A stretch of DNA of 50,460 nucleotides from Candidatus Bathyarchaeia archaeon (GCA_050015395.1 JBEKBM010000025.1:1-50460), one strand, 5' to 3'; positions 1-9,756 are shown, counted from the stretch's first letter. Notes: generated by a model from the letters alone, not told the origin. Made by a program: numbers and translations.

Positions 1-203
1 AGCTGACGTTTTGAGGCTGCACTTGGCAGTGTTCTTGGTGATTTCTTTTTTGCCAGATTTGGAGAAGCCGATTGATGGAGAGTTAAGTCTTCAGGAGGAA
101 CTATGAGGTTAATTTTTTGATCTACTGGGAAGCGGCGAGTAGTTCACTTTTCCTCAATCCTCAAAATTGATAACAATAATTTTTCCCGTTTCAAGTGAGA
201 AAT

Positions 204-422
204 TTACCAAGGCGTTATCTTTTTGTTCACTTTAAGTTTAAAGATGGTTTGATGCGGCACTTTGTTATTTACATCCAAAGGTATTTGTGCGATGAAATCT
301 ATTCGTTCTTCACCAACATCTGGATGGATTGACAATGAAAGCACTTGCTTGGAATCCTTTTTTGACTCTGACAAATTAATTTTCTCATTTGCTTTATAGT
401 GAAGCAAGAAAACAGCCGGCAT
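204..422 (-). pseudogene. Probable C-terminal remnant of a DegT/DnrJ/EryC1/StrS sugar aminotransferase
   Basis: Segment SKQVLSLSIHPDVGEERIDFIAQ resembles the DegT-family C-terminal motif (xxxxLSLPxHPxLxEExIDxI); the N-terminal PLP domain is absent. Confidence 0.45.
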
Positions 423-472
423 AGCAAAATAGATAAAGGAAAAAAGTAATCACTTGTTAAAGGGGAGACGCA

Positions 473-1240
473 ATGGGAAATAATCTGAGGAAAGTACGTT
501 ATTTACGTCATCCATACTTGATTGTGCGAACTGCACTTTTACCCTTTGAAAAACGGGCATCAAGGAAACATTCTTCAAGATTGAGTGAGTATGCACAGTA
601 TTCCGCGTCCCTTGAAGAGGGCATAACAAAAATTACTGACCTTGCCCAAAAAGATGTAATTAATTTTATGGCAGATGTAAAAAACTCTGAATTTTTACGT
701 CATATCGAATTATGTGACATAATGCCCTCAGGTATGGGTGGGGTTTCCATGGATTCTAGGCTAATGCTTTATGTTCTGACTAGGTCGTTATGTCCAAAGA
801 CCGTCGTAGAAACAGGGGTTGCTAGTGGCGTATCCTCAGCTTTTATTCTTAACGCCTTAGATAGGAATAAAAAGGGCGATTTGTATTCCGTGGATTTGCA
901 TTATCGAGAAGGCATCGCTGTACCTTCAGAGAAGCAATTAGGTTGGGTGATTCCGAAGCAGTTACGATATAGATGGCATCTGACTCTTGGAGAAAGCACC
1001 AAGGTACTCTCGACGTTATTGGCTTCTTTAGTTAAGATTGATATTTTTCTGCACGATTCGCGTCATACGTATAAGACTATGATGTATGAGTACACTACAG
1101 CATGGAAATATTTGAATTACGGCGGTCTTTTGCTCTCAGATGATGTAGCATGCAATGATGCCTTTCTCGATTTCGCTGACTCTGTTAAACAAAAACCTGT
1201 AGTTATAGGTCGTATGGGCGCACTACGTAAAATATCGTAA
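473..1240 (+). CDS. Class I SAM-dependent methyltransferase (Methyltransf_24-like)
   Basis: 255 aa; VVETGVASGVSS motif I, LYSVDL, IDIFLHDSRHTY, LLSDD. Confidence 0.85.
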   Translation: MGNNLRKVRYLRHPYLIVRTALLPFEKRASRKHSSRLSEYAQYSASLEEGITKITDLAQKDVINFMADVKNSEFLRHIELCDIMPSGMGGVSMDSRLMLYVLTRSLCPKTVVETGVASGVSSAFILNALDRNKKGDLYSVDLHYREGIAVPSEKQLGWVIPKQLRYRWHLTLGESTKVLSTLLASLVKIDIFLHDSRHTYKTMMYEYTTAWKYLNYGGLLLSDDVACNDAFLDFADSVKQKPVVIGRMGALRKIS

Positions 1241-1249
1241 GCAAAGCGC

Positions 1250-1581
1250 TGTTGTTCTTCTAAATTTTATTCAACATAAGGCGTGGTTGCTTCTAGAAAA
1301 GAATCTATGCCAAGGTCTTGAAGTATTTCTTCCAAAGATCCTCTTCTGAAGTGTTTTTTGTTAGCCTAGAGATTGGTTACAGTAAGGACAGAAGTTGATT
1401 AGCTTTGCCTTTGACGAGCTATAGTCTAGCATGAAAAGGGGTTGGCTAAATTCTTTTTTGCAAGTCGGACAGGTTATTTTATTTTTGTTTTTTATGTCTG
1501 CTTCTTGGTTGGTTGTTGCATTTTTATCAGTGTTTGGTTGGGTGGGCATTTGAGTCGTTGATTGTTTGGTTGGTTGAATGA
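1250..1581. repeat. 332 bp direct repeat of 11554..11885 (palindrome right arm plus 3' part of the 11614..12279 gene); pseudogenised copy
   Basis: About 7 substitutions by eye; GAA->TAA creates a stop at 1361; ORF 1361..1549 is this fragment. Confidence 0.95.
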
Positions 1582-1657
1582 CTAACGCGGCTTTTGGGAT
1601 TGTAGGGAGTATTAAATTATTTAAGGAAGTTCAAAAGTAATAATAAAGGATTTCAAA

Positions 1658-3841
1658 ATGCAAAAAGAAGTATCAACCAAAAAGAAGTTAGCTTTCGGGT
1701 CGATACCAGCAATAGTTTTAGGCGTTTTCCTTGTAGTTTGTGGACAAGGGGTGGCTTATGGCGTAATCTCCGCGTTTCTGTCAGTTTCAGGTATGAAACT
1801 TAGTCTTTTACAACTCGTCAATTTACTTCAGAACATGCCCCTTTACGGCTTAATTCCTCAAGTTTTTGGTGCTGGCTTGTTGACTTACCTTTTAATGCGA
1901 AGCCGTTTTCAAGTTAATGTGTCTAAACTTAAGCGTCAAATCGTTAAAGTTTCCGTTTTAGCTGGAATAGCCATCATACTTATCTGTGCTTTTTTTGTTT
2001 CTACTCCGCTTGTTCGTGCGGATGCTATTGCCACATCAAACTATTATTTAGACACTCCGTTGCCGATTGCTAACGCTTATGTGGGTCAATACACGAACTC
2101 TAGTTATTTTGCGATTGACGGTGCCACATGGAACAACTTTATCGTTAATTCAAATTTGACTGTTGTTGAACAAGCAGCAATCGCTGATATTTCATCGGGA
2201 AACGTGTGGATGGAAGTACCCTTCAATTACAATGTGACGATTCCACCGAATATCAGCGTGACCGAGAATGTTAATGGTATGCAACGGGTTTTCATTAACT
2301 CTGCGAATAGTCAAGGTTCACCGTACACTATTTCAGTTGACACGGTTAACAGTGGCTATTATCTTGCTCAAGATTCAGCCGACCGATACATAAATAGTTG
2401 GTCCTCAACAAACGCAACCTCTGTTATTGATTCTGCCACTGCAATTAACGGTGCAGACGTACTTTTGATGAATGGACTTTACCCTGCGAGTGTAACCATA
2501 AATGGAAACAATGTTGTTTTGGAAGGGCAAGGTCGAAGCACCATACTTCAAGAGCCTCCAACTTCCACTGTCGATGTCATAGAAAATAATTGGGTAACTG
2601 GAAACAATAACATAACCATTGAAAACTTGCAGATAGATGGAAATGCTGCTAATGTAATAACTCCCTTATACCAAAAAGGAATCGAGTTTCAACAAGCACA
2701 TAACTGCTTGGTTTATAACTGCTATATCCACAATACTGTGATTGATTGTTGTGGTTGTTGGCATGGCTGTACTGATTGCACTTTCCAAAATAATGAAATT
2801 GGCTACGCTGGACAGCATAATGGAATCTTTATTGAGTGTAATGCACCGCAACCTCTCATTAATGCTGATAGGTGTTCAGGATGCAAGGTTTTGGATAATG
2901 ATATTTACAACGTGACAAACGGAAGCCTTACGACAGCGTCTGCGGCTGGGGTAATAATTCAATATGGATATAATTGTATCGTATCAGGGAACACTATAAG
3001 CAACTGTTTTCAAGCGATATATTTAGACGATGTGGCGACAGGGTGCAACATTTTAGTTCAAGGAAACACCATTAACGATTCCAGCTATGGAATATATCTA
3101 AATAGTAATTCTTCCACTGTAATAGGAAACTCTATTTCTAACAGTCTCATCGCATCTATTTCGCTTCGTAATGCAAGTGACAATTTGGTAACATCAAATA
3201 GCATCTTTAATTCATCAACAACCGTTTCTTATGGGGATGCCATCTATGTTGACAGTATTTCTAATGGTAATTCAATTTTAGATAACATGATTGACCATTT
3301 CGGGCAAACAGGGTTCGTTACAGGTCAAGGGATTGATGTGGGTGGAAGCTACAATATTATAGAAAACAACCACATCTTGGATGATGTTTTACCTTATACT
3401 TCATGGGCAGGAATAATGTTATACGGTGCATCATACTGTGTTGTCGGTGGAAATACTATTCAAAATATGAACAGATGGGCAATCTATAGTGATGAATCAA
3501 GTGTAAACCTTACTTGTTACAATACTTATTACCAAAATCTAGGATACAACCCTGTCGGAATCATAGCTTCACCAATTACTAACACTTTGGATATAGCTGA
3601 CAGAGGAGGAAACCCAAGCCTTTCATTTACTAACAATACAGTTTACATGTGGACTGACTCTAATGGCTTCATAACACTTACAGGTGGAACTTACATAAAC
3701 ATATACATTAACGGTGTAGCTGACCCCGCCTATGCTGGGTCAGCTAATTCAGGAGTTATTTGCATTCCGGTACAGTCAGGTCAAACTTTCAAATATGTTG
3801 ATTCCGCTAACCCCACCGTTGTTTCAGTACAAAAAACTTGA
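1658..3841 (+). CDS. Membrane-anchored right-handed parallel beta-helix protein (NosD/pectate-lyase-like)
   Basis: 727 aa; about 3 N-terminal hydrophobic segments; LEGQGRSTIL, NITIENLQIDGN and many Asn-rich xxNxIxN repeats. Confidence 0.8.
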   Translation: MQKEVSTKKKLAFGSIPAIVLGVFLVVCGQGVAYGVISAFLSVSGMKLSLLQLVNLLQNMPLYGLIPQVFGAGLLTYLLMRSRFQVNVSKLKRQIVKVSVLAGIAIILICAFFVSTPLVRADAIATSNYYLDTPLPIANAYVGQYTNSSYFAIDGATWNNFIVNSNLTVVEQAAIADISSGNVWMEVPFNYNVTIPPNISVTENVNGMQRVFINSANSQGSPYTISVDTVNSGYYLAQDSADRYINSWSSTNATSVIDSATAINGADVLLMNGLYPASVTINGNNVVLEGQGRSTILQEPPTSTVDVIENNWVTGNNNITIENLQIDGNAANVITPLYQKGIEFQQAHNCLVYNCYIHNTVIDCCGCWHGCTDCTFQNNEIGYAGQHNGIFIECNAPQPLINADRCSGCKVLDNDIYNVTNGSLTTASAAGVIIQYGYNCIVSGNTISNCFQAIYLDDVATGCNILVQGNTINDSSYGIYLNSNSSTVIGNSISNSLIASISLRNASDNLVTSNSIFNSSTTVSYGDAIYVDSISNGNSILDNMIDHFGQTGFVTGQGIDVGGSYNIIENNHILDDVLPYTSWAGIMLYGASYCVVGGNTIQNMNRWAIYSDESSVNLTCYNTYYQNLGYNPVGIIASPITNTLDIADRGGNPSLSFTNNTVYMWTDSNGFITLTGGTYINIYINGVADPAYAGSANSGVICIPVQSGQTFKYVDSANPTVVSVQKT

Positions 3842-3859
3842 TTTGTTAACGACAAAAAG

Positions 3860-4258
3860 ATGAAGAAAAAAATGAAACAGAAAAACGTCTTAGCAATTGT
3901 TTGCTTAACGGTTTTTCTGGCTCTGCTTATTCCATCTGTACACTGCCAAACATGGACTATTAGTCCGAATTACCAAGTAGGTCCAAATTGGAACATACAA
4001 GGATATGTAGCTCCAACACCAACACCTACGTCTTCAACTGGAGGAGGAGGTAGTACAACACCAACTCCGACCCCTGCACGGACCCCACTATCAACACCAT
4101 CACCTACCCCAACAATTCAACCGTCACCAACACCTGCCATTCCAGAGTTTCCATCAATAATTATCCTTACACTGTCAGTTACAGCAACATTTGCAATAGC
4201 GGTTGAATATAAAAGAAAAGCCAAGTCTAAAAATCAAGTGGAGAAATGCGTACATTAG
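3860..4258 (+). CDS. Small secreted Pro/Thr-rich protein with PEF-CTERM-type sorting signal
   Basis: Signal peptide, PTPT linker, IPEFPS followed by a TM helix and basic tail KRKAK. Confidence 0.75.
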   Translation: MKKKMKQKNVLAIVCLTVFLALLIPSVHCQTWTISPNYQVGPNWNIQGYVAPTPTPTSSTGGGGSTTPTPTPARTPLSTPSPTPTIQPSPTPAIPEFPSIIILTLSVTATFAIAVEYKRKAKSKNQVEKCVH

Positions 4259-4447
4259 AGCGCCTAAAATGTAACATTACTAATGCGTAATTTTTAAATG
4301 ACCCATTGACTACTCGCTCGACTCAACTATTTAGTTCTCGATTACTTGGCTACATCCAAAGATGAGCTGGAAGTCTAAAATTAAATATGTTAAACTAATT
4401 TTGTTAAACTCGGTTTTTAACCTTTTTTTTCCCTTTAAATACCCTTT

Positions 4448-4571
4448 GTTTTGTGGTTTACCGCTGTTTCTGTTGCTGATCCAAAAAAGCAGTGTTTGCT
4501 GGTTGTTTTGATGGGGGGTGGGAGTAGCTTTTTACAAGCTTTTTCTTGTTGTAAATAGCGGTTGAGCGCGG
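4448..4571. repeat. 124 bp non-coding direct repeat, copy 1 (copy 2 at 12504..12627)
   Basis: GTTTTGTGGTTTACCGCTGTTTCTGTTGCTGATCC...GTAAATAGCGGTTRAGCGCGG is nearly identical in both places. Confidence 0.95.
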
Positions 4572-4620
4572 CTTCAGCTTTGAAGGGTTATTGTGCGGGG
4601 AAATAGATCGGTTTACTGAT

Positions 4621-4658
4621 AGAACAACAACAGTTGAAAAATGAATTGTTGTTGTTCT
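4621..4658. repeat. Imperfect palindrome AGAACAACA-N20-TGTTGTTCT (family also at 7706, 11526, half copy at 1242)
   Basis: Arms AGAACAACAACAGTT / AATTGTTGTTGTTCT are 14/15 complementary. Confidence 0.9.
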
Positions 4659-4785
4659 TTCGAATTGCTACTCCTTTACTATAGCTCTGACTAAAACTGT
4701 GCTGCATCCTTTCTTGCGTGACTGCTCCAAAGTTAACAACAAAGCGTCAGTATTTTCGCTCGCAGAAGATGCTGCAGATAGTAAG

Positions 4786-4871
4786 TGCAGGTTCTATTTG
4801 GGTCATCTATAGGGTCCTATTTGGCTCATCTATTAGACCGGGGGGTAGGCTGTGAGAGAGCAAACACAGAC
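4786..4871. repeat. Tandem 21 bp repeats (23 bp period), then TAGACCGGGGGGTA and a GAGAGAGCAAACACAGAC box
   Basis: GGTTCTATTTGGGTCATCTAT (4790) and GGTCCTATTTGGCTCATCTAT (4813); left part homologous to 6916..6976, right part to about 48195..48222. Confidence 0.8.
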
Positions 4872-4888
4872 AGGCATCGAGTCGTATT

Positions 4889-5260
4889 CTAGACAAAGCA
4901 TACCGCCTTGAGTGCTCGCAAATCCTCATCACTAGTATATAGGTTAGCTTTCCAATGGCGTGCAGTAGCGTAAACGAGAGCATCACAAAAGTGCAGGCCA
5001 TATTCAAGACTGTAATCTGCAGCCTCAAGTGATATTGTTTGGTCGATATGAACAATAGTTGTCTGACTAAGTGCAGCAACCGCTAAAAGTGCATGCTTCT
5101 CGCCTCTGAGCTTCTTTACCTTCTTGTAAACCTCATAAAGAACCGCAACTGAGGTGACAATATCCTTAGGCTGACATGACTCAATTATCTGGTTGTACTG
5201 TGGTGCCTTAGGCCCATTTGTAAACCGCTCAATCCAACCGTAACTGTCGATACTAATCAA
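4889..5260 (-). CDS. vapC: VapC-family PIN-domain ribonuclease toxin (no intact antitoxin upstream)
   Basis: IDSYGW, LYEVYK, FCDALVYATA and TSDEDL contain the PIN acidic tetrad. Confidence 0.88.
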   Translation of the reverse strand: MISIDSYGWIERFTNGPKAPQYNQIIESCQPKDIVTSVAVLYEVYKKVKKLRGEKHALLAVAALSQTTIVHIDQTISLEAADYSLEYGLHFCDALVYATARHWKANLYTSDEDLRALKAVCFV

Positions 5261-5287
5261 TTCTGTCGGACGTAATTCCTAAGTATG

Positions 5288-5935
5288 TCACGCTGCATCT
5301 TGTATAGTGTCGACTGTGTCTTTGCCGCTTGCACGTTTAGATTCAGCACTTTCAGCTTCAGCTGCTTCAGTCTCTTCGCTCTCGCTATCTTCCTCGTCTT
5401 CAGGTTGCTGCAACTGCTTAGAAAGCTCACTAATCTTCTTGCTTAAATCACGCATAGTAGCCCTCTTAGCAATCTCCTTATTCAAATCCGCAAGCTTCCT
5501 TTTCAATGCGGCAAGTTCAGCATAGCTAGCGCTTGGAACTTGCTTAATCTGCTTTTCCAAGTTTTGTAGTTGATTCATCAAATCCTCGTATGTCCATTCT
5601 TTTGACTCCACTTCTTCCGACGCAGTATATGCATTGCTGATTACGCCTTGTCCCGGTTGTGTAGAAGCATCTTGCTGAGTGTTCTGTTCAGACAAAGGCT
5701 TCCCCTCTTCTTTGTTTTTCTGTTTGTCTTCAGGTTCTTGCAAGAACGCTGGGATTCCTTTACTTCGACTATTGTCGAGGGCTTGCTCCCAAGCACAAAA
5801 ACTCGGCCAGTCCTCAAGCAAACTTTTTGTCGGTGTTTTTTCTTCAGGTTTTTTGATTTTTTTATTCTCTTTGTCCATTAAATTTTTCACCTTATATTCA
5901 ATTACCAATAAACTGAGGCAAACGCTCAGCAACAA
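5288..5935 (-). CDS. Acidic coiled-coil protein, possibly a fused remnant of viral head scaffolding genes
   Basis: Heptad-like segment YEDLMNQLQNLEKQI...ISELSKQL with an acidic tail; lies directly downstream of the terminase remnant. Confidence 0.4.
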   Translation of the reverse strand: MLLSVCLSLLVIEYKVKNLMDKENKKIKKPEEKTPTKSLLEDWPSFCAWEQALDNSRSKGIPAFLQEPEDKQKNKEEGKPLSEQNTQQDASTQPGQGVISNAYTASEEVESKEWTYEDLMNQLQNLEKQIKQVPSASYAELAALKRKLADLNKEIAKRATMRDLSKKISELSKQLQQPEDEEDSESEETEAAEAESAESKRASGKDTVDTIQDAA

Positions 5936-5954
5936 AGCTCATCTTCAATCACCA

Positions 5955-6086
5955 TTAATACGGCATAACAGCGCCTCTACCAGGCAACGGCGCCTGCACA
6001 GAACCTAGAACAGCCAACGCAGTGCTCCAGAAAACGTCATCATGCCCACCTTCAGGATGACTAAAGCGCAAGTGCCCAGTCTTCAT
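5955..6086 (-). pseudogene. C-terminal fragment of a viral terminase large subunit
   Basis: Manual translation MKTGHLRFSHPEGGHDDVFWSTALAVLGSVQAPLPGRGAVMPY*; GxHDDxxxxxALA is the typical end of the TerL nuclease domain. Confidence 0.65.
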
Positions 6087-6312
6087 GAGCCCACATCTGC
6101 CGCTGCTTAGGAGTTATGAACTCTACCCTACCGCCAACTCGCTGCCGATTAACTTCACCCTTAGCAATCGAAGTAACCAAAGCGAACACAGCGTCAAGCT
6201 TATCAATCCACTTACTTCTAAGACACTGCGTATCATAATCAGCAGTTTGCCGAAGCTGAGAAATACGCCTTTCAACAAAAACCGTAAACCCTCTATTAGC
6301 TCTGTATTTAAA
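6061..6312 (-). pseudogene. Start-less reading frame preceding and fused to the terminase fragment (small-subunit position)
   Basis: Open frame ...ERRISQLRQTADYDTQCLRSKWIDKLDAVFALVTSIAKGEVNRQRVGGRVEFITPKQRQMWAH after a GGTGA RBS-like site, with no start codon at the 5' end. Confidence 0.4.
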
Positions 6313-6718
6313 TCACCATGAAAATTTTAGGTCAGAACTGCACAATAAAGCCTAAAAACCTGTTACTGTGCAAATTATCATCTTAACACCACTCGAGGCG
6401 GCGATATAATCTTGTTATTTCCTTGCTGACACATAGATGTTTAAAATGTATTTAGGCTTTGTCAACATCAACCGCTCAATCGGTCTACAAAAGATCACCC
6501 CCTTTATACACAGACAAGCCCAAATCCACGTTACTCACGGGTGACTCATGAGTGCATCAAGTCCACTATCTTTTCCCCAAAAAGTATTAGCAAACCTTAA
6601 ATTTTGCAAAAAGTGGTGGAGAGAAATAGTGGATAGATAAAAAAACAATCGATTTGCTTAAGCTTAGGGCTTCTTTACTTAAGGAAGCAAGAAGTAGGGA
6701 TTCTTTCTCAAACTGATG

Positions 6719-6819
6719 GTATCTACAGAGTGTATCGACAAAACGTATTGACATTTACCCTCCCAGTAGGTACCTGCGCGCACACACACATTAAAGCTAA
6801 CCCACTTGCGAATCTACTG
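6719..6819. repeat. ~100 bp element with three 13-bp-period repeats, then GTAGGTACC and GCACACACAC (copy 1)
   Basis: About 95% identical to 10326..10428 and related to 48147..48222. Confidence 0.92.
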
Positions 6820-6915
6820 TTTGAGGTCGTGGCTTGTTATGAAGTCCATGTTAATAGTGCCAAAAACTACATGAAAAAACACGTTTCTATGTTGAAAGTG
6901 CGGGCATTTATTCCA

Positions 6916-6976
6916 TGCAGCTCTATGTTGAATCATATTTAGAGCCTATTAGAAGCATCTAGTAGACCAGGGGGTA
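6916..6976. repeat. Diverged copy of 4786..4847
   Basis: TGCAG...CCTATTAGAAGCATCTAGTAGACCAGGGGGTA versus CCTATTTGGCTCATCTATTAGACCGGGGGGTA. Confidence 0.7.
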
Positions 6977-7051
6977 CCTTTCTGAAGCTTTTCTGGGAAA
7001 CTGTAATATATCAATTTGCATCATTGTATTAACAGTAAAAGAACATGATGG

Positions 7052-7288
7052 TTGATTTGCATGGAAGAGATTGCGGATAGAATAGTTATCGATCCCGACG
7101 TCATGGTAGGAAAACCAGTCATAAAGGGGACTCGTATTCCAGTTTACCTTATTGTTGAGTTTGTGGCAAACGGCATGACTGAAAAAGAGATCCTGAAGGA
7201 GTACCCGCAATTAAGAAAGGAAGACATCAAAGCTGCGCTTCTTTATGCTTCAAAATGCTTAGAACGTGAAGTCACTGTTACGCTTTAA
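7052..7288 (+). CDS. DUF433-family antitoxin (likely start ATG 7061)
   Basis: RIVIDPDVMVGKPVIKGTRIPV...EILKEYPQLRKEDIKAALLYA is the DUF433 signature. Confidence 0.92.
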   Translation: MICMEEIADRIVIDPDVMVGKPVIKGTRIPVYLIVEFVANGMTEKEILKEYPQLRKEDIKAALLYASKCLEREVTVTL

Positions 7289-7299
7289 GGGCAAAGCTT

Positions 7300-7656
7300 T
7301 TGACAGGTATATTAGTAGACGAAAACGTGCCAAATAACGTCAGAGAGTGGCTCAAGAAGAAAGGATTCGACGTTGCTAACGTTTCGGAAACTAGCCTCAA
7401 AAGAGCCAAGGATTATGCGATAGCTGAGTACGCCGCAAAAAACAACATGACGATTTTAACTTTAGACGCAGACTTCGCCCAAATATATCACACGCTTAAG
7501 AAAGGCACGCTTTCAGTGATAGTCATAAAAGCTAACCCTGCCACAGCCTTTAACATCTTGGAAACGCTCATAACTGCCTACAAGAAAGTAGACCTTCACG
7601 AAGCGGAGAACAAACTGATTATAATCACAAAAAAGAGAATAAGAATAATTACTTAA
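7300..7656 (+). CDS. DUF5615 PIN-like toxin
   Basis: ILVDENVP, AKDYAIAEYA, ILTLDADF; directly downstream of DUF433. Confidence 0.88.
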   Translation: MTGILVDENVPNNVREWLKKKGFDVANVSETSLKRAKDYAIAEYAAKNNMTILTLDADFAQIYHTLKKGTLSVIVIKANPATAFNILETLITAYKKVDLHEAENKLIIITKKRIRIIT

Positions 7657-7705
7657 CCGCCCTAACAGGTCCTATTTTCGCATTGAGATACTAGCGCGTG
7701 CATCA

Positions 7706-7747
7706 AGAACAACAACAGTTGAAAACAAAGCGCTGTTGTTCTTCTAA
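7706..7747. repeat. 37 bp palindrome family copy
   Basis: AGAACAACAACAGTTGAAAACAAAGCGCTGTTGTTCT; its right-hand 22 bp (7726..7747) are identical to 1242..1263. Confidence 0.9.
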
Positions 7748-7767
7748 CAACTAAAAATACTATAGCT

Positions 7768-7982
7768 TGTTCCGCTCAGTCCCAACCATAACTGTGCTGT
7801 ACCCCTTCTCACTCAACCTCTCTAAAGCCAAGAGCAAAGCACCCGAATCATCATCTACTGAAGACACCACAGTTATAACCGCAGGACCCTGCATACACTT
7901 GACAGCTTTAGCCAACGCCAAAGTAGCAGGATGCTTCTTTGCGGCTTCCTGATTAGCCTCAAACTCAAACTCCAAAAGTTCC
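7768..7982 (-). pseudogene. Displaced 215 bp duplicate of the 3' end of the DUF58 gene (14202..14416)
   Basis: About 6 substitutions by eye; encodes the same ELLEFEFEANQEAAKKHPATLALA...GTERN. Confidence 0.95.
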
Positions 7983-8220
7983 TTTAGCTTTTGTACAACT
8001 TCATTTCCATTTTGTCTATTTGCCCAATTGACCTTTAAGCATCCGCACCTTAGTAGGCTACAAAACCGCATTGGATGCTATGTAATCGGATGATATTTTT
8101 GAAAGATTCATGATTCTGCTACGAGAACGAGTATTTTTTAATTTTTGTTGATTTTAATAATAGAAAAATTTAAAGGCTGTTAATAATTCTATTGATAAAG
8201 CTTAAGGAAGACAAAGCCAA

Positions 8221-9501
8221 ATGAGTGAAACGTACCCAAGAGACATCCTGTTAAACCTCACAAAATGGATAGACCGTCGGGAAGCATACGCCATAAAAGG
8301 CCCAAGGCAATCAGGAAAAACAACCATCCTCAGACAACTACAGAAAAGCTTGCCTGAGAAAAAAGCTATTTTCCTAAATTTCGAAGATCCCGACGTGCTG
8401 GACACCTTTGAAGCCAACCCAAAAGAATACATCAAAAGCTACATTACCAGCCAAGATCGACACTTTTTCCTGATGGATGAGTACCAGTATGTAAAAAACT
8501 GCGGTAAAACTCTCAAACTGCTGTATGACACCTTCGAAAACGCCAAGTTCATAGTTACCGGTAGCTCCTCACTAGAACTTTGTGGAGACATGGCTAAATT
8601 CCTCGTCGGAAGAGTTTTCTTCTTCGAACTATTCCCTTTTAATTTCCACGAATTCTTAACGACCAAAAGCCCTCGGCTAGCTATTATTTACCGAGAAAAA
8701 AACACCAAAATCAAAGAATTCCTGCTTAAAGGCACCTTACCCAATATAGAGGGCGCTGAAGTTTTCCACCGTGAATTCACTCCGCTTCTAAACGAGTTCC
8801 TAACATTCGGAGGATACCCAGCCGTTATGACCGCTAAAGATGCCGAAACCAAAAGAATCGTCCTCAAAAACATCTACGACACCTATGTCTCCAAAGACGT
8901 AATCGAATTCCTTAAAGTTAGTGACCCCTCAAAGTACCGGTGCATCGTCAGAACCCTAGCAGCCCTAACAGGAAAAATACTAAACTACAATGAAGTCAGC
9001 AACACATGCCAAAGCTACTACAAAGAAACAAAGAAAACAATCTCCATGCTCCAAGAAACCTACATAGCTCAACTCATCCAACCATTCCACAAAAATCCTC
9101 TCACCGAACTGAAGAAAAACCCAAAAGTATACTTCTACGATATAGGACTTAGAAACCATATACTTAACAACTTCAACCCACTGGAGAAAAGAACCGACGC
9201 CGGTAACCTCATCGAAAATCATGTTCTCCTTGCCTTAAGAAACAGCTTTCCAGATAAAACTATCAATTACTGGAGAACCACAAACAAAGCAGAAGTTGAC
9301 TTCATACTTCACTTAGACAATGAAATTGTTCCCGTAGAAGCCAAATACCAAGTGTTCCAGAAACCTAAAATCTCAAGAAGCTTCCGAAGCTTTATAGAAA
9401 CCTACAAGCCCCAAAAAGCACTCATCGCCACAAAAGACTACTGGAACATTGAAAAAATCGAAAACACAACGATACTATTCACACCGTCATACTACATCTA
9501 A
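8221..9501 (+). CDS. AAA_14 ATPase with C-terminal DUF4143 (PD-(D/E)xK-like) domain
   Basis: GPRQSGKT, LMDEYQ, VTGSS, FGGYP, KVYFYDIGL, EVDF...VEAK. Confidence 0.92.
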   Translation: MSETYPRDILLNLTKWIDRREAYAIKGPRQSGKTTILRQLQKSLPEKKAIFLNFEDPDVLDTFEANPKEYIKSYITSQDRHFFLMDEYQYVKNCGKTLKLLYDTFENAKFIVTGSSSLELCGDMAKFLVGRVFFFELFPFNFHEFLTTKSPRLAIIYREKNTKIKEFLLKGTLPNIEGAEVFHREFTPLLNEFLTFGGYPAVMTAKDAETKRIVLKNIYDTYVSKDVIEFLKVSDPSKYRCIVRTLAALTGKILNYNEVSNTCQSYYKETKKTISMLQETYIAQLIQPFHKNPLTELKKNPKVYFYDIGLRNHILNNFNPLEKRTDAGNLIENHVLLALRNSFPDKTINYWRTTNKAEVDFILHLDNEIVPVEAKYQVFQKPKISRSFRSFIETYKPQKALIATKDYWNIEKIENTTILFTPSYYI

Positions 9502-9756
9502 CAATGACTCATCTCTAAGCCTTAAAAAGCAACTCCTGCAGACCAGAACAAGTAAACCTTCATCTGTAGTAACATTCCAAGAAAGTTTACTCGTTGAGCC
9601 GCCATTTCTTCGTAACTATCGCCACTGCAGGTAAACCCTCCAAAACGTACCTTTGCGCCCTATGAGAGCCTTTGTGAATTAGGACTGGACCTTTCATCCT
9701 GCGACATTCACAGACGATTTGTTCAGCTCTGAGTTCGTCTCCAACTTCTTTTCCAA

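Noticed and set aside
4010-4135. ACACC-rich DNA repeat
   Set aside because: It is explained by the Pro/Thr linker of the encoded protein.
7760-8071. 103 aa ORF as a real gene
   Set aside because: It is unrelated upstream sequence fused to the duplicated DUF58 3' end.
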